A DNA stretch of 64,000 bases. Origin: Ginglymostoma cirratum. Taxonomy: Eukaryota. The translations under genes were made by a program, and so were the position numbers. The first letter of the stretch is position 1. Every line of letters starts with the position of its first letter. The DNA lies in assembly GCA_024137785.1 (NCBI GenBank), contig JAHRHZ010000267.1, positions 8,387,342 through 8,451,341 on the forward strand. The letters run 5' to 3'. This document shows, one piece after another, positions 37,211 through 48,482 of this stretch. The notes below the pieces were generated by a model. It searched no databases. It saw only the letters and a list, made by a program, of their open reading frames with translations, and was not told the DNA's origin.

Positions 37211-37525
37211 GTATGTTGCCCTCATAATTTGTTGTGAGTTTTTATGTATTGCTAGTTATAGCTTGGAAGTCAAAAACTTCAAATTATTCTGAAATAAAAA
37301 CTGCAATTTTGATGACAGTTATTTTGCTATATTTTTAATAATATGCAATGATTTTGTGGGACTCATGGACCCTTCCCCATCTCTTGTTACTAAATACAGT
37401 GCCTGAGATCCTAGTTGGGTTCAGATTGTATTTGAATAGAAGGACACAACTTTAATGTCACAGTAATCACATATTTTGTGTATCAGACTGCTGCGGTTTT
37501 CTCAAGTGCTCATGTCTCATTTCAG

Positions 37526-37625
37526 GCTGGAATTTACTGGATAAATTTAATTGATCATTTCTGTGTGGGATGGGTCCCCATTATAATAACACTGCTGGAA
37601 CTCATGAGTGTAAGCTGGCTGTATG
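37526..37625 (+). CDS. SLC6A14: SLC6A14-like copy A exon 11 (TM10)
   Basis: ttcag|GCT...TATG|gtaagt, 100 bp; AGIYWINLIDHFCVGWVPIIITLLELMSVSWLYG. Confidence 0.92.
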
Positions 37626-38262
37626 GTAAGTTGAGAAAGAACTGAAACAATATGAAATAATTCAGATAAAATTTCCGGCACAGGTTTTCATGGTCCTTCA
37701 GAAAACACAAGATGAGTGAATTGAATAACATGTCTTCACGTGGGAAGACAATGGGATTAAAAGTGTACCCTCTTTAATTGTCAACGATCTGTCCTTGAGT
37801 AGTTCCAGTGCTCCCTGCACCAACTACATGTGAACACCTTGTATTGCTGGGTTACAGCTGGTTGTGGTTGGGGTCAGTTTTGCTGCTAGCATGTTCCTGT
37901 TAATTGTTCATGGGGAAGCTGTTCAAACACCTTCATCCCAAGTTCAACTGCAGGTAACTGCTGAACACGTTCAGTTTTTTCAAAATCATTAAGGCAGGTG
38001 GGAAAACAGAATAACTTGCGTATCCATGATGCTTCCTGTGACCTCCCGGGATCCACTTTCCATTCTTCATCTCAGCAGAGGACAACCTTTGATGGTCAGT
38101 CCTCCCCCACTCTGATAACGGGTCCATCCGTCTCAGCACAGATCAGAAACATACGTCTTTCTTAGAGAAACTTCTTCAGGATGAACTTTGACAGTAAACA
38201 GGCAGCCCTGAAGACAGGACAAAGCGAGTGATGGTGTCTCTCTGCTTCCTTGCTGTTCACAG

Positions 38263-38372
38263 GGATAAACAGGTTCATCAAGGACATTGAGATGATGATT
38301 GGGAAAAGGACTTGGCTCTTTTGGCTGTGGTGGAGAATGTGTTGGAGTTTTGTCATCCCGTGTTTGATGACG
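38263..38372 (+). CDS. SLC6A14: SLC6A14-like copy A exon 12
   Basis: cacag|GG...ACG|gtatgg, 110 bp; INRFIKDIEMMIGKRTWLFWLWWRMCWSFVIPCLMT. Confidence 0.92.
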
Positions 38373-39164
38373 GTATGGAGATGTTACATTATTACTGAAC
38401 AAAGTTATTGCTAACTTATTAAAATATCAATTAAATGTCGATTAGAGACATCAACATTGGCAGAGTTTTGGAGCTGCAATTAATGGAAATTTGCAGACAA
38501 CAAGGCTTCCTGGATTACTATATCTTAGCAACATGTTTTTGCTGTGGCTCTCCACCTCAGTAGTATGGACCCTCCCCTGCTTCAGGGGTTGGGACGAATA
38601 GCTACAGTTTACTCCAGAGTCAGTCACAACTCAGAGGAGAGCAGGGAAACAGGGATGGAATGTGTTACTGAGCAAGGTAGGGGGAGGTAATGGGAGGTAG
38701 TCAAGGAGTTTCCACAGATAGAATCCTATCCAACAGGTACAGTTACTTGCTACTCATGATGATGGGATAAAAGCTGTTCCCTGAATAGCCAAACTGTTAA
38801 CCTGGGCATTATGTAGTAAGAGGCAGTACAGGCGGCCAGGCCAAATATAAACAAAATGCTGCATTTCTAAGCGGTGTGATATTTTGGGGATTGATTGCAT
38901 TTTCTACAGATTTAGACAACTTAGGATGTGTGGCATGCACCGAGTGTAAGAGGGAGCACACCACATGTCAGTCATTTGTGAAGCTAGGAAGAAACTCGGG
39001 AGAAAACTCTTTAATCGAGGAACAGAAAGGAAGTGGAACTTGCTAACACAAGACGCACTTTGGGCAAATAGCAGAGGTATATTTGAGGGGAAGCCAGATT
39101 GGTGCATGAGGGAAAAAGAGTGAAAGGTTACACAGATAGGCTTAGATGGACAGCAGTGGGAGAA

Positions 39165-39450
39165 AATTCTGGGAACCCAGGTTCGAATCCTGCCCACGGT
39201 AGATGGTGGAATTTGAATTCGATAAATATCTGGAATTCAGAGTCTTAATGATCACAATGAATCCATTGTCGAGTGTTGAAAAAAACCCATCTGGTTCACT
39301 AATGTCCTTTAGGGAAGGAAACTGCCATCCTTACCTGGTCAGGCCTACATGTGACTCCAGATCCACAGCAATGTGGTTGACTCTTAACTGCCCTCTGGTA
39401 TAAATGCTGCCTAGCCAGCGTTGCCTGCATCCCATGATTGAATAAAAAAA
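39165..39450 (+). mobile_element. Second SINE family (tRNA-like head, LINE-derived tail)
   Basis: B box GGTTCGAATCC at about 39180, A-rich end; related copies at 25505-25670(-), 49410-49590(+) and 51925-52255(-). Confidence 0.65.
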
Positions 39451-39629
39451 AGTGGGAGGGGTATTGCTTTAAACTTGAACACTAGCATTGATCTGTTGTG
39501 TTGAATGGCCTGTTTTTTTGTTGTATGTAATTTTGTAATGTTTTATTTTCAGTACTGTTCAGCCATCAAGCTGGCGGTCATCACTCTCATTCTGCATATG
39601 ATTTTGTTTTGTGCCATCATTTTGAACAG

Positions 39630-39800
39630 GTACTCTTGTTCTGGTCCTTAACAACATTTGCCCCTCCAACATATGGACCTGTTGAATACCCTGTCTGGGC
39701 AATAGCACTGGGCTGGTGTATGATAATCTTCTGTATTATGTGGGTCCCCATCGTGGCCGTGGTGAGAGTTGTCCAAGCTGAGGGCTCCACCTTGTGGCAG
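39630..39800 (+). CDS. SLC6A14: SLC6A14-like copy A exon 13
   Basis: aacag|GTA...CAG|gtgagg, 171 bp; VLLFWSLTTFAPPTYGPVEYPVWAIALGWCMIIFCIMWVPIVAVVRVVQAEGSTLWQ. Confidence 0.93.
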
Positions 39801-41936
39801 GTGAGGAACCACCTCAATAAATTTCAAAGAGGAACACAAAGGATATTTCCGCATGTGGGGCAATTGAGAACGAAGGGTCATAGTTTTAGGACAAGGGGTA
39901 GACAATTGAAAACAGATGAGGAGAAATTATTTCTGACAAAGGTTTACGAATCTGTGGCACTCAATGAGTGGTGGATGCCAAGACATTGAACAAATTTAAG
40001 GAGGGATAGACATTTTTAGTTACTAATGAATTAAATATTTATGGGTTGCAGGCAGGAAAGTGGTGCTGAGACAGAGATGAGATCAGCCATTAAATGGCAG
40101 AGCAGGATCAAGGAGCTGAAGAGCCTACTCCTGTTCCTAATTCTTCTGTTCTAATTCTGGTCTCCCAATTTGTATTGCTTCTTCAGCAGGTCAGCAGAAA
40201 ATTTGAGAAAATAAGCAGACAAATTTTTTTGGCTTTATGCTGTTTTCCCGGGTAATCTGTTAAGCTTTTGCATGCTGAATCCGTATTTATTCATGCTATC
40301 ACTTAAATAGTATCAGTGCGTCAAAACTGGTGGGAAGAAATATAATATAAGGCCGAAAGCAAGTAAAGTGCGGCTAACCCACGTCGTTCCTTTCATTCAG
40401 GTAGTACAGGAATTTCATGCTGCCTGGTAATTTAAATGAGATTTATTTATTTCCAGGGTTAGAGGGATGCATCAGTTAGCTCAGTTGATTAAACATCCAG
40501 AATGTGGTGCCAACTGCATAGAACTAATCAGTTCTGTACTGGCTCTGATTGTCCATGGAGATCCTGCCCCCTCACCTTATCCCATGCTTGTGGTGTGGCC
40601 ATCCTCAAGCTGTATGGAACCAATTGCCTTTCACTAATGGAGAGATGTGCCTATGGTCTTTTATTCCATACTCTACACTGTATTTACCAAAGTCAAGCAT
40701 GCTATTGTATGGCTATACATCTCTCCAAGGCGAGTACCAGTAGCAGGATAACGGATTGGGATGCATGTCCTTGTGGTACAGTTCAGCCTTTGGTTCCTCG
40801 CCATCTCCAAAAGTGTTTCTTATATTTTCTTTTGTTTTGGAGTGTACAAAATATTTGTTTAAGCTGTCTGCTGTTTCCTCATTCCCTAACGTGACACATG
40901 CCTCTGCCTGTAATAGGCTTATTTTGAGTTCAGTAAGTAATTCCATTTTGCCATAACTAGAGAAATATTTCAGTCATTTTCATATGCCTTGCTAATGGCC
41001 TCTGTATTTTCTGTTACATTTCCTTACTAATCTCTAATTCACAATTCTCTGATATATCATCCTCTGAGTGCTTAGGCCTACCGGCCTTCTGAGCAGCAGA
41101 TCACTTTGTACTGCGTCTTTGATCTAATATTGTTTTCCTTTTGTTTGGATTTAACTCCCTCGACCTTAAGTAAAGTGCACTCAAATTCAATATGAAATAG
41201 AGAAGTTCAAGATGCTGCAACCATTCTGCCACAGAAGCTCCTTCTCTACGGTGAAATTTTTCTGATCACAAAATATCAGAACGAGTGCAAGCTGTTCCTC
41301 AGCTGGTTTGCTGGGATATTGTTTTACGAAACTATGTTTTATATATTCCATGAACTTTCCCTCCCCATTGTTACAATGTCAGAATTGTTCTCAAGAGGGA
41401 TGGATGAAGTAGAGGTGCAAGACAATTTGGTTTGACAATGCTGTGCAGGAAAACGCTGGGGTAGACAGAGAGTTGGGATGGTAACCTGTAGGTGCTGTGT
41501 GATTGATCTTTCCTTTCCTTTTTTAGGAGATTAAACCTTCTAGGTGCTGTATCCATGTTCTCAGGAGTGTCCTACCGCTGCTCACTGCTTCTGCAGACTC
41601 CTGCCACAACTAGGCAGCTGAGCCCTCTTCTCTCCATGGGGAACAATCCCTCCCTTCCAGCACCCCCAATCACATTGAGCATTGGGAAAGGAGTCAGAGA
41701 GTGGGGAAGGGGGCAGGGGGCAGGGGTTTGAAGGCAGCTTTTTCACATCTTTGTGCCGTTGGTTTTCTGTCTTCCCAAAGAAAGCAGGACGTAGCCAGTC
41801 CAACTGCTGCTGGGGTCCCTTTAATAAACAGGGAGGGGCCATCACTTGGATTCTAGAACTGGTCAGGAATCCCGGAGCAGTGGTGAATAACCCAGTTAAA
41901 TTAAACTGTCAAGACAAAGCCCAGCATTGAGATGAT

Positions 41937-42057
41937 GGTCAGAAGTCACACAACACCAGGTTATAGTCCAACAGGTGACGAAGGAACAGCGCTCCGAATG
42001 CTTGCAATTTCAAATAAACCTGTCGAACTATAACCTGGTATTGTGTGACTTCTGACC
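41937..42057. repeat. Fold-back Penelope-like terminal repeat (about 39-bp arms)
   Basis: ggtcagaagtcacacaacaccaggttatagtccaacagg versus cctgtcgaactataacctggtattgtgtgacttctgacc; homologous to 56320-56425. Confidence 0.75.
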
Positions 42058-42400
42058 TTGTCCACATCTGAAGCAATGGGACCACCCAGACTTCCACTTT
42101 CGATTCACTCATTACATTAAAATCAGGATTAATTGAGTAGAAGCAGGGTCATCGATCTTGTTAATGTTGATCTTGTCTCGCGCACCTCCTGTGCAGTGTA
42201 ATCTGTACGCCTCACTCTGCCTAAGCACCCTATGCTCTGTATGTCCTTGCTTGCTAATGTGCTGCTTGTACTGCTCACAAACAAAGCTTTTCACTGTACT
42301 TGGGTACACGTGACTACAATGAATCAAATCAAATCAGTTAGAGGCTAAGGGCTTGATTAAAATCAGGTAGAAATGTAACATTTCGCTTTTCCTTTCACAG

Positions 42401-42538
42401 AAAATTTCTGCCGCTTGCACATCAGCCCCTGATTGGGGTCCGTACTTGGAGCAACACAGAGGGGAAAGATACAGAAAAAGGCCTGATTCGACAGAGGGTC
42501 CTAATGGGGTGCAGCTTCTGGCAACACCTGAAATGTGA
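42401..42538 (+). CDS. SLC6A14: SLC6A14-like copy A terminal exon 14
   Basis: ttcacag|AAA...TGA; KISAACTSAPDWGPYLEQHRGERYRKRPDSTEGPNGVQLLATPEM*. Confidence 0.92.
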   Translation, partial: KISAACTSAPDWGPYLEQHRGERYRKRPDSTEGPNGVQLLATPEM

Positions 42539-42799
42539 AATTTTAAAGTAAACATTTACTTTCAATTTGGAAACAATTGTCCTAACATCAACCACCATTC
42601 TAATGTACTTCAATTATAATTTCAGTGGGAGTCCCAAGCACACCAAATGCAGTTTCACTTTTTTAGTCTCTCTGCTCTACATTTTTAGTTTTCTGCTTGA
42701 ATCTGTTTGGGTTCTGTCCAGCTGACTGCTTCTCCCTCTCAATTTTTCTCATGTGTCTCTAGATCAACCTTGGGTCCTCAATATCTCTCCTTGTTGTAC

Positions 42800-43220
42800 A
42801 GCACCACATCCACAAGCGTCCAGTCCCTCCACCACCGACACTCAGTAACAGCAGTGTGTGCCATCTACAGGATGCACTGCAGAAACCTACCAAAGATTCT
42901 CAGACAGCGTCTTCCAAATACACAACAACTTCCATCCAGAAAGACAAGGGCAGCACATACGTGGGAACACCACCCCTGCAAGGATTCCCTCCAAGCCACT
43001 CATCATGCTGACTTGAGAATATATCGCCATTCTTTTACTGTCACTGGGTCAAAATCCTGGAATTCCCTCCCTAAGGGCATTGTGGGTCAACCTACAACAA
43101 GAGGACAGCAGCAGTTCAAGAAGGCAGCTCACCACCACCTTCTCAAGGGCAACTAGGGACGGGGCAAGAAATGCTGGCCAGCCAGCGATGCCCCCATCCC
43201 ACAAACGAATATTAAAAAAA
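42800..43220 (+). mobile_element. LINE 3' fragment
   Basis: QSLHHRHSVTAVCAIYRMH...SFTVTGSKSWNSLP...FKKAAHHHLL*, A-tail. Confidence 0.75.
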
Positions 43221-44694
43221 AACTCCATGTATTAAACCAACAATTTATTTTCTGCTCCCTGCGATCTAAACCTCTTGCAGAGCTTACTCTTTCAAACTCC
43301 ACTGTTTTGTGGACATCAATTCTTTTCACGTTAACTGCTGTTAGCTCTCTCTGCCCCTCAGTCTCTCTCTATCTCTCTGCACTGACTCATATTTGAATTC
43401 AGCTTCTTTGAATATCAATACCTCTGGCCAGTACTTCCTGGTGGATTTACCTCACTTTGAAATTCCATCATCAAAAAGAGCTGCGTGTCTTCTATCCAGT
43501 CTTCAATTATCAGATCATCTGGTCTTTCCCCAAATCTGTCCAGCTTCCTATTCATCAGCAAGTAGAATATCTGACTGGGAATATTGCTTCCTTCTTTTGT
43601 AGCACCAGGAGAATGCACGTAGAGATCCTCTGCCCAGTTTGGTCCTAAAGTTCGAGTCTGTCTGTCAATACCTGATCCTCCAATAATTCTGGGGCAACTT
43701 CAACCTCTCCTGTTGGACATCTCTGGTTTCAACTCTTCCGGTATCAGCCCCAGTTCTGCAAGATACCTTTCAACCTCATCTACCACGACACAATACCTAC
43801 GCTGTGGAATCCTACTGAGTGTGCCAGAAATGTAACATGAGATTTGAACGCTCAGATGACCTAAAGATCATGAGGCGGGATTCTTTGTTCCACTGTCATT
43901 AGGTCATCACAAACAAGTAGAGAAATTAAATATAAACCAAGATCTATTTACACTATGAATATGATATTAGACTGAAGAATTCCTTTTTCCTGTCTGCTCC
44001 TTCTTCCCATCAATTCTTTCCCCATTGAGGATACCCTTCCATTTCAACTCCAGCTGACCTCCCACACCATCGCCACCTACTGGTGAAGCTCCCTTGCCCG
44101 GTGCCCTCCATCAACATCTCCATCTACTGTAGGAAGTCCCAGTACACAAGCACCAATGCCATAGGCAGGCCAAAGAAAGAGCTCATGCTTAGAGAGTGTG
44201 AGGAGCTAGGCATCAATTTGAAGTGCATAACCTTGAGGGTACTATTCTCTGGATTATGGCTGGGGTAACATGCAATTAGTAGCCAGAGGTCACATAGAGT
44301 GTTATATTGAATACCTATCCCAAAGATTGGTGTGGGAGGAGTGTGTTACTGTTTGTGGAGCACTGGTATCAATATTGGGGAATGTGAATGCTGTTCCATT
44401 GGCCTGGTCTGCACCTGAACCATGCTGGGACCAGTGCTCAAGGAACACTGAAACTAGGATAATATAGAGGGCTTTAAATTAAACAAAGTGGGTGATGTAA
44501 GGGATCAAGCTGAGGTAATGCAGCAGATCAAGACTTAGCCCAAGATGGGAGAGAGAAACTGTAATATGGATAATTAAAGTCAGAGAATGGCAGAAAGAAT
44601 AAACCAATAGATAAGACTAGATGTTACAATTAAAGCAAAAAGGTTAAACTAAAAACTCTATCATAAAGAGCATCACAAAGTGAACAAATTGATC

Positions 44695-44728
44695 ACACAC
44701 AGACACACACACACACACACACACACAC
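44695..44728. repeat. (CA)n microsatellite
   Basis: Direct inspection. Confidence 0.9.
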
Positions 44729-46430
44729 GGTTCGGAGGAAGGGTCACCAGACCCGAAATGTTAATTCTGGTTTTTCCTTCACTGATGCTGCCAGACCTGC
44801 TGAGCTTTTCCAGCAACTTCTGTTCTTGTTCCTGATTTACAGCATCTGCAGTTCTTGCGGTTTTTAAATTGATCTCACATGTTGAAATGAATGAAAGTCA
44901 TTTGATAGTCATTGATTGCATGACGCTTGAAACCTCCAAAAGCTCAGAGGTGTTCACCTCTCTAGATTAGATGAGACTTGGGAGCACAGTCTGGTGCGAA
45001 CATCACCAATGTGTCTCAATAGCTCATGGAAGAAGGAATGGCCCCGGGTCCCTGACACCCCAAGGGCGATAGAGAGCGAGTACTCACTCTGACCCAGGGA
45101 GGAGATGCTCCAGTGCTCTCAGCCATTGGCGACTTTACCACAATGGAGGGGCAGGCTCATCAACAACAGGCAGGTTTGACAGAGGCTGGGTGGTAAGCTG
45201 GGTCGAAGGATGGAATAGTTGGCCAACTTTCTCTGCTGGCTTTGGTGGACATACGTCTGGTTGTCTCCATTGACAGGCTGGCTGCTGCCGTGGAAACCAA
45301 GGCCCAGCATTCCCAGTGTTAGCTAGAAATGTGAAAATCCACGCTCCGTCACTAGCATTGGCCGTCTGTGTCACCGTCAAAGGCAAACGAAGGATGAGGA
45401 ACTCTGATATCTCATTCTAGGGTGCCCCCCTCTTCCTCTCACAGACTGGTGCCAGCAGCAGACAGGAGAAGCTACACGCGCAGGAACACTCCAAAGTTCC
45501 TGACCCCTGACCTGTACCTTCTGTTTCAGATGAACCTGCATCTGGGCAAGGCACTCTCAAACAACTTGGGAACTCTAAGCCTGTATACCTCTGGAATGGA
45601 CCAGCTAGGTCTCCCAGGCCAGCAGGGTGAGTTCTCTGTAAGGCCCCAGCTGTCAGGAATGCCCTTGCGTGTAGAGGGAGACAAGGAAATAAGATAAAAA
45701 CCTTAGTAAGGGTACGATGGTGGCATGAGTGACACATCTTTGCAAGTACTTAAGCACACTCTTAAAATGTCTGCTTTGGTGTCATTAGTATTGTTGAACC
45801 ATGGTTATGTTGTGCCCATCTGAGAGGTCGTCCATCTCAAGGATGAAAGAGATTGGAGTGGCTCAGCATTGCTCACTGTTCACAAGAAACTCCCCCGTCC
45901 TCATCTGGGAGATAGCGTCAGGTGTCATGGATCCTTGTTGTTGACTGCGGCCCAGGTTAACTTTAACGTGGACAAAACTGAGGCTACAAGCAATGTGCAG
46001 TGGCAGTGGTAGGACCTGCCCTGCACAGAGTGTCCACACTTACACACTTCCCACCCCCCAACCCCACAACTCCTGTGTGACAGGATGGAATCATTGCAGG
46101 CATTGTTTCGTACCATCTCTCGACCTTTTACGAAAGTGCGCTGCCAGCCAAGGCTGGCAGATGGCCAATGGACAGTTCACATCTCCAACCTCCCTCAGAG
46201 CACAGTGAGGCATCCCTAAAGCCCCGCCTTTCTCTGGTTAAACGCTGTTCTACCAGATGCTCAGTTGAGCAGACGACTCGAATTCTTGTAACGTTGAGTA
46301 TTAATGTTGAAGGATGAAAAGGAGGTGGGTCTCAGCTATAATCCCAACATGCTGACATATCATAAGGCAAAAACAGAAATTGCTGGAAAAACTCATCAGG
46401 TTCGGCAGCATCTGTGGGGAGAAAGCGGGG

Positions 46431-46465
46431 TTAATGTTTCGGGTCTAGCGACCCTTCATCAGGAC
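46431..46465 (-). ncRNA. Minimal hammerhead ribozyme motif in a Penelope-like repeat
   Basis: Minus strand CUGAUGA-A-GGGUC(GCUA)GACCC-GAAACAUU. Confidence 0.5.
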
Positions 46466-46709
46466 TGGCTCGAGCATGAGGGTCTACATTGCATAACACT
46501 GAAGGTTTTAAAGCCACCTAACCTTAGTATCTTGTGGTATTCCTGCCCCTTCTCACTGCCCTCTGTTTTCTCCTGCACAGTGAGGAGGATCTGCAAAGTA
46601 CAGATATTTCAAAGTGCGATCCCTTGAAGAAACCACACACACACAATTAATTGGATATTCAGCAACAGCGAAGTTCAAGGACTGCAGAAATGGCCATGTC
46701 CACATCATA

Positions 46710-46966
46710 CCATCTCTACTGTGTGGAAAGAGGCCATTCAGCCCATTGAGTTCACCCCACCTATACCCAACCCTAACCTTGTAACCCTGCATTCCCCGTG
46801 GCCAGTCCACCTATCCTGCACATCTTTGGACTGTGGGAGGAAAATTAAGTATCTGAAGGAAACCCATGGGGAGAACGTGCAAACTCCACACAGTCACCTG
46901 AGGGTAGCATTGAGTCTTGGTCCCTAGCATTGTGAGGCAGCAGTGCTAACCACTGAGCCACCGTGC
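46710..46966 (-). mobile_element. HE1-type SINE
   Basis: Homologous to 15318-15636. Confidence 0.85.
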
Positions 46967-47149
46967 CATCCCTGTGGGCCAGAGTCCCAGGAGCTGCCTG
47001 TAATATGACCAACAGGAAGTTACACATTGAAAGGACGCCCGGGCCCAGCTCATTATTCCTGGGTTTCAGTCAGGTTCTGTCCAGCCTTTTGTGCTTGATG
47101 GGGCGTAGGCTCTGTCATGGTCTCTTGGATGTCCTGATTGTCAACCTCA

Positions 47150-48200
47150 CCATCTAAAAGTTGCCTTCAAGGCGCTATTGCATCCGGGACATACCCTCAC
47201 TTTGTCAGCTCTGGTTGTGAGGGGCACAGCATACCACAATAATTCAGCACCCCATCCTTTCTGGGCTATCCTGCAGTTCTCCACCAGAGTGCTCCAGTCA
47301 CTGAAACCTCATCATGGGGAGGCTTGTGATCTGTTCCTCTAGGCCCTGGTAGAAGGACAACCAGCGTTGTAACTCTGTCATGCATCAGTCTTATGGCTTT
47401 GTAACGATTCCCAGACCTATTAGTTGAAAGTGATAGCCCTTGTCTCCTGGCATCCATCCTTGTATGAACTGAGGAATGAACTGGGAACCTATGAGTTCTC
47501 TGGTATGTGTAAGTCATGGCAACTCCATGGTACCTAGCATGCACCTCCAGGATTTGCCACCTATGGTCACAACGGAGCTGGACATTGATGGAGTGGAAGC
47601 CTTTTGGGTTGGTGAGCTCTGCAGGTTGGGTGACGGGGCCCGCTCAATGCAATGTGTAGCACCATGCACCTGGTGGAGCCGGCGATGGATGATAATCACA
47701 TGGCCCAAGCTGCTTCACTCTCCTCGATGAGGCCGGAGGAAGTAAACAGGTAAAATCCTTGAGGGACAAAGAGTCGCCAACGACATCTCAAATACATTTG
47801 TGCGTTGAGGATTGCAAGATGCCGCACTGTTCCTTAGACCCTTCTTGAAATAAACCACTGGCTTAAAAATTCAGGCTGGAATCTCATGTCCTTCAAGGTA
47901 GGAAAGCCATCTAAGTCTTTCTGAGTACAGGCCCTGCTCCAGCAGAGTACACCATTTGATAAGGATGGCCAGGGATAACTTTAGTTTCCACAAGTTGCAG
48001 ATAATGCCCCTGAAGTCAGCAGATGGGAGGTCTTGTCATTCTCCTCTGCCTACGTGGGGAGCTGTCACCTCCTTCCTCAGGCTGTGAGGCAGCTTTTGCA
48101 GGCCTCCTGGCTAGATGGTAACTAATGTGTACTTTAATGCTGTCACCTGATTTCCAATGAGACCACGAAGATTCCTCCCAGTGTAGGTTCCACCGCAGTC
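47150..48200 (-). mobile_element. Degenerate PIF/Harbinger transposase remnant
   Basis: Minus-strand QVHGA, KGFHSINVQLRCDH, HARYHG..CHD. Confidence 0.7.
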
Positions 48201-48249
48201 ACGTGCCTCAATAATCTGGGGGAGTTTTGGGCTGAGAACATAAGTTAGC

Positions 48250-48482
48250 CTTTCCCATGGCTAATCCACCTAGCATGCACATCGCTGGACACTATGAGCA
48301 ATTTAACACAGCCAACCCACCTAACCTGCACACATTTGGACTGTGGGAGGAAACTGGAGCACCCGAAGGAAATCCACTCAGACCCTGGGAGAATGTGCAA
48401 TCTTCACACAGACAGTCACCCGAGGCTGGAATCGAACCTGGGTCCGTGATGCTGTGAGGCAGCAGTGCTAACCACTGAGCCA
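48250..48482 (-). mobile_element. HE1-type SINE, 3'-truncated
   Basis: TGGCTCAGTGGTTAGCACTGCTGCC...GGTTCGATTCC. Confidence 0.85.

Larger units (their letters stand above)
686..42538 (+). pseudogene. SLC6A14: SLC6A14 (ATB0,+)-like Na+/Cl- amino-acid transporter, copy A; exons 4-14 (exons 1-3 lie upstream of the window); carries one premature stop
   Basis: Eleven exons with AG/GT boundaries and matching phases. They translate to SLC6A14-type motifs ([63 protein letters not shown]). In-frame TAA at 781-783. Confidence 0.85.

Noticed and set aside
22587-42538. Assignment as SLC6A5 (GlyT2) or SLC6A9
   Set aside because: The fused 229-bp TM6-TM7 exon, DETG..VW, YIG.QS.F.KL, IDHFC.GW and FWLWWR motifs fit SLC6A14 better.
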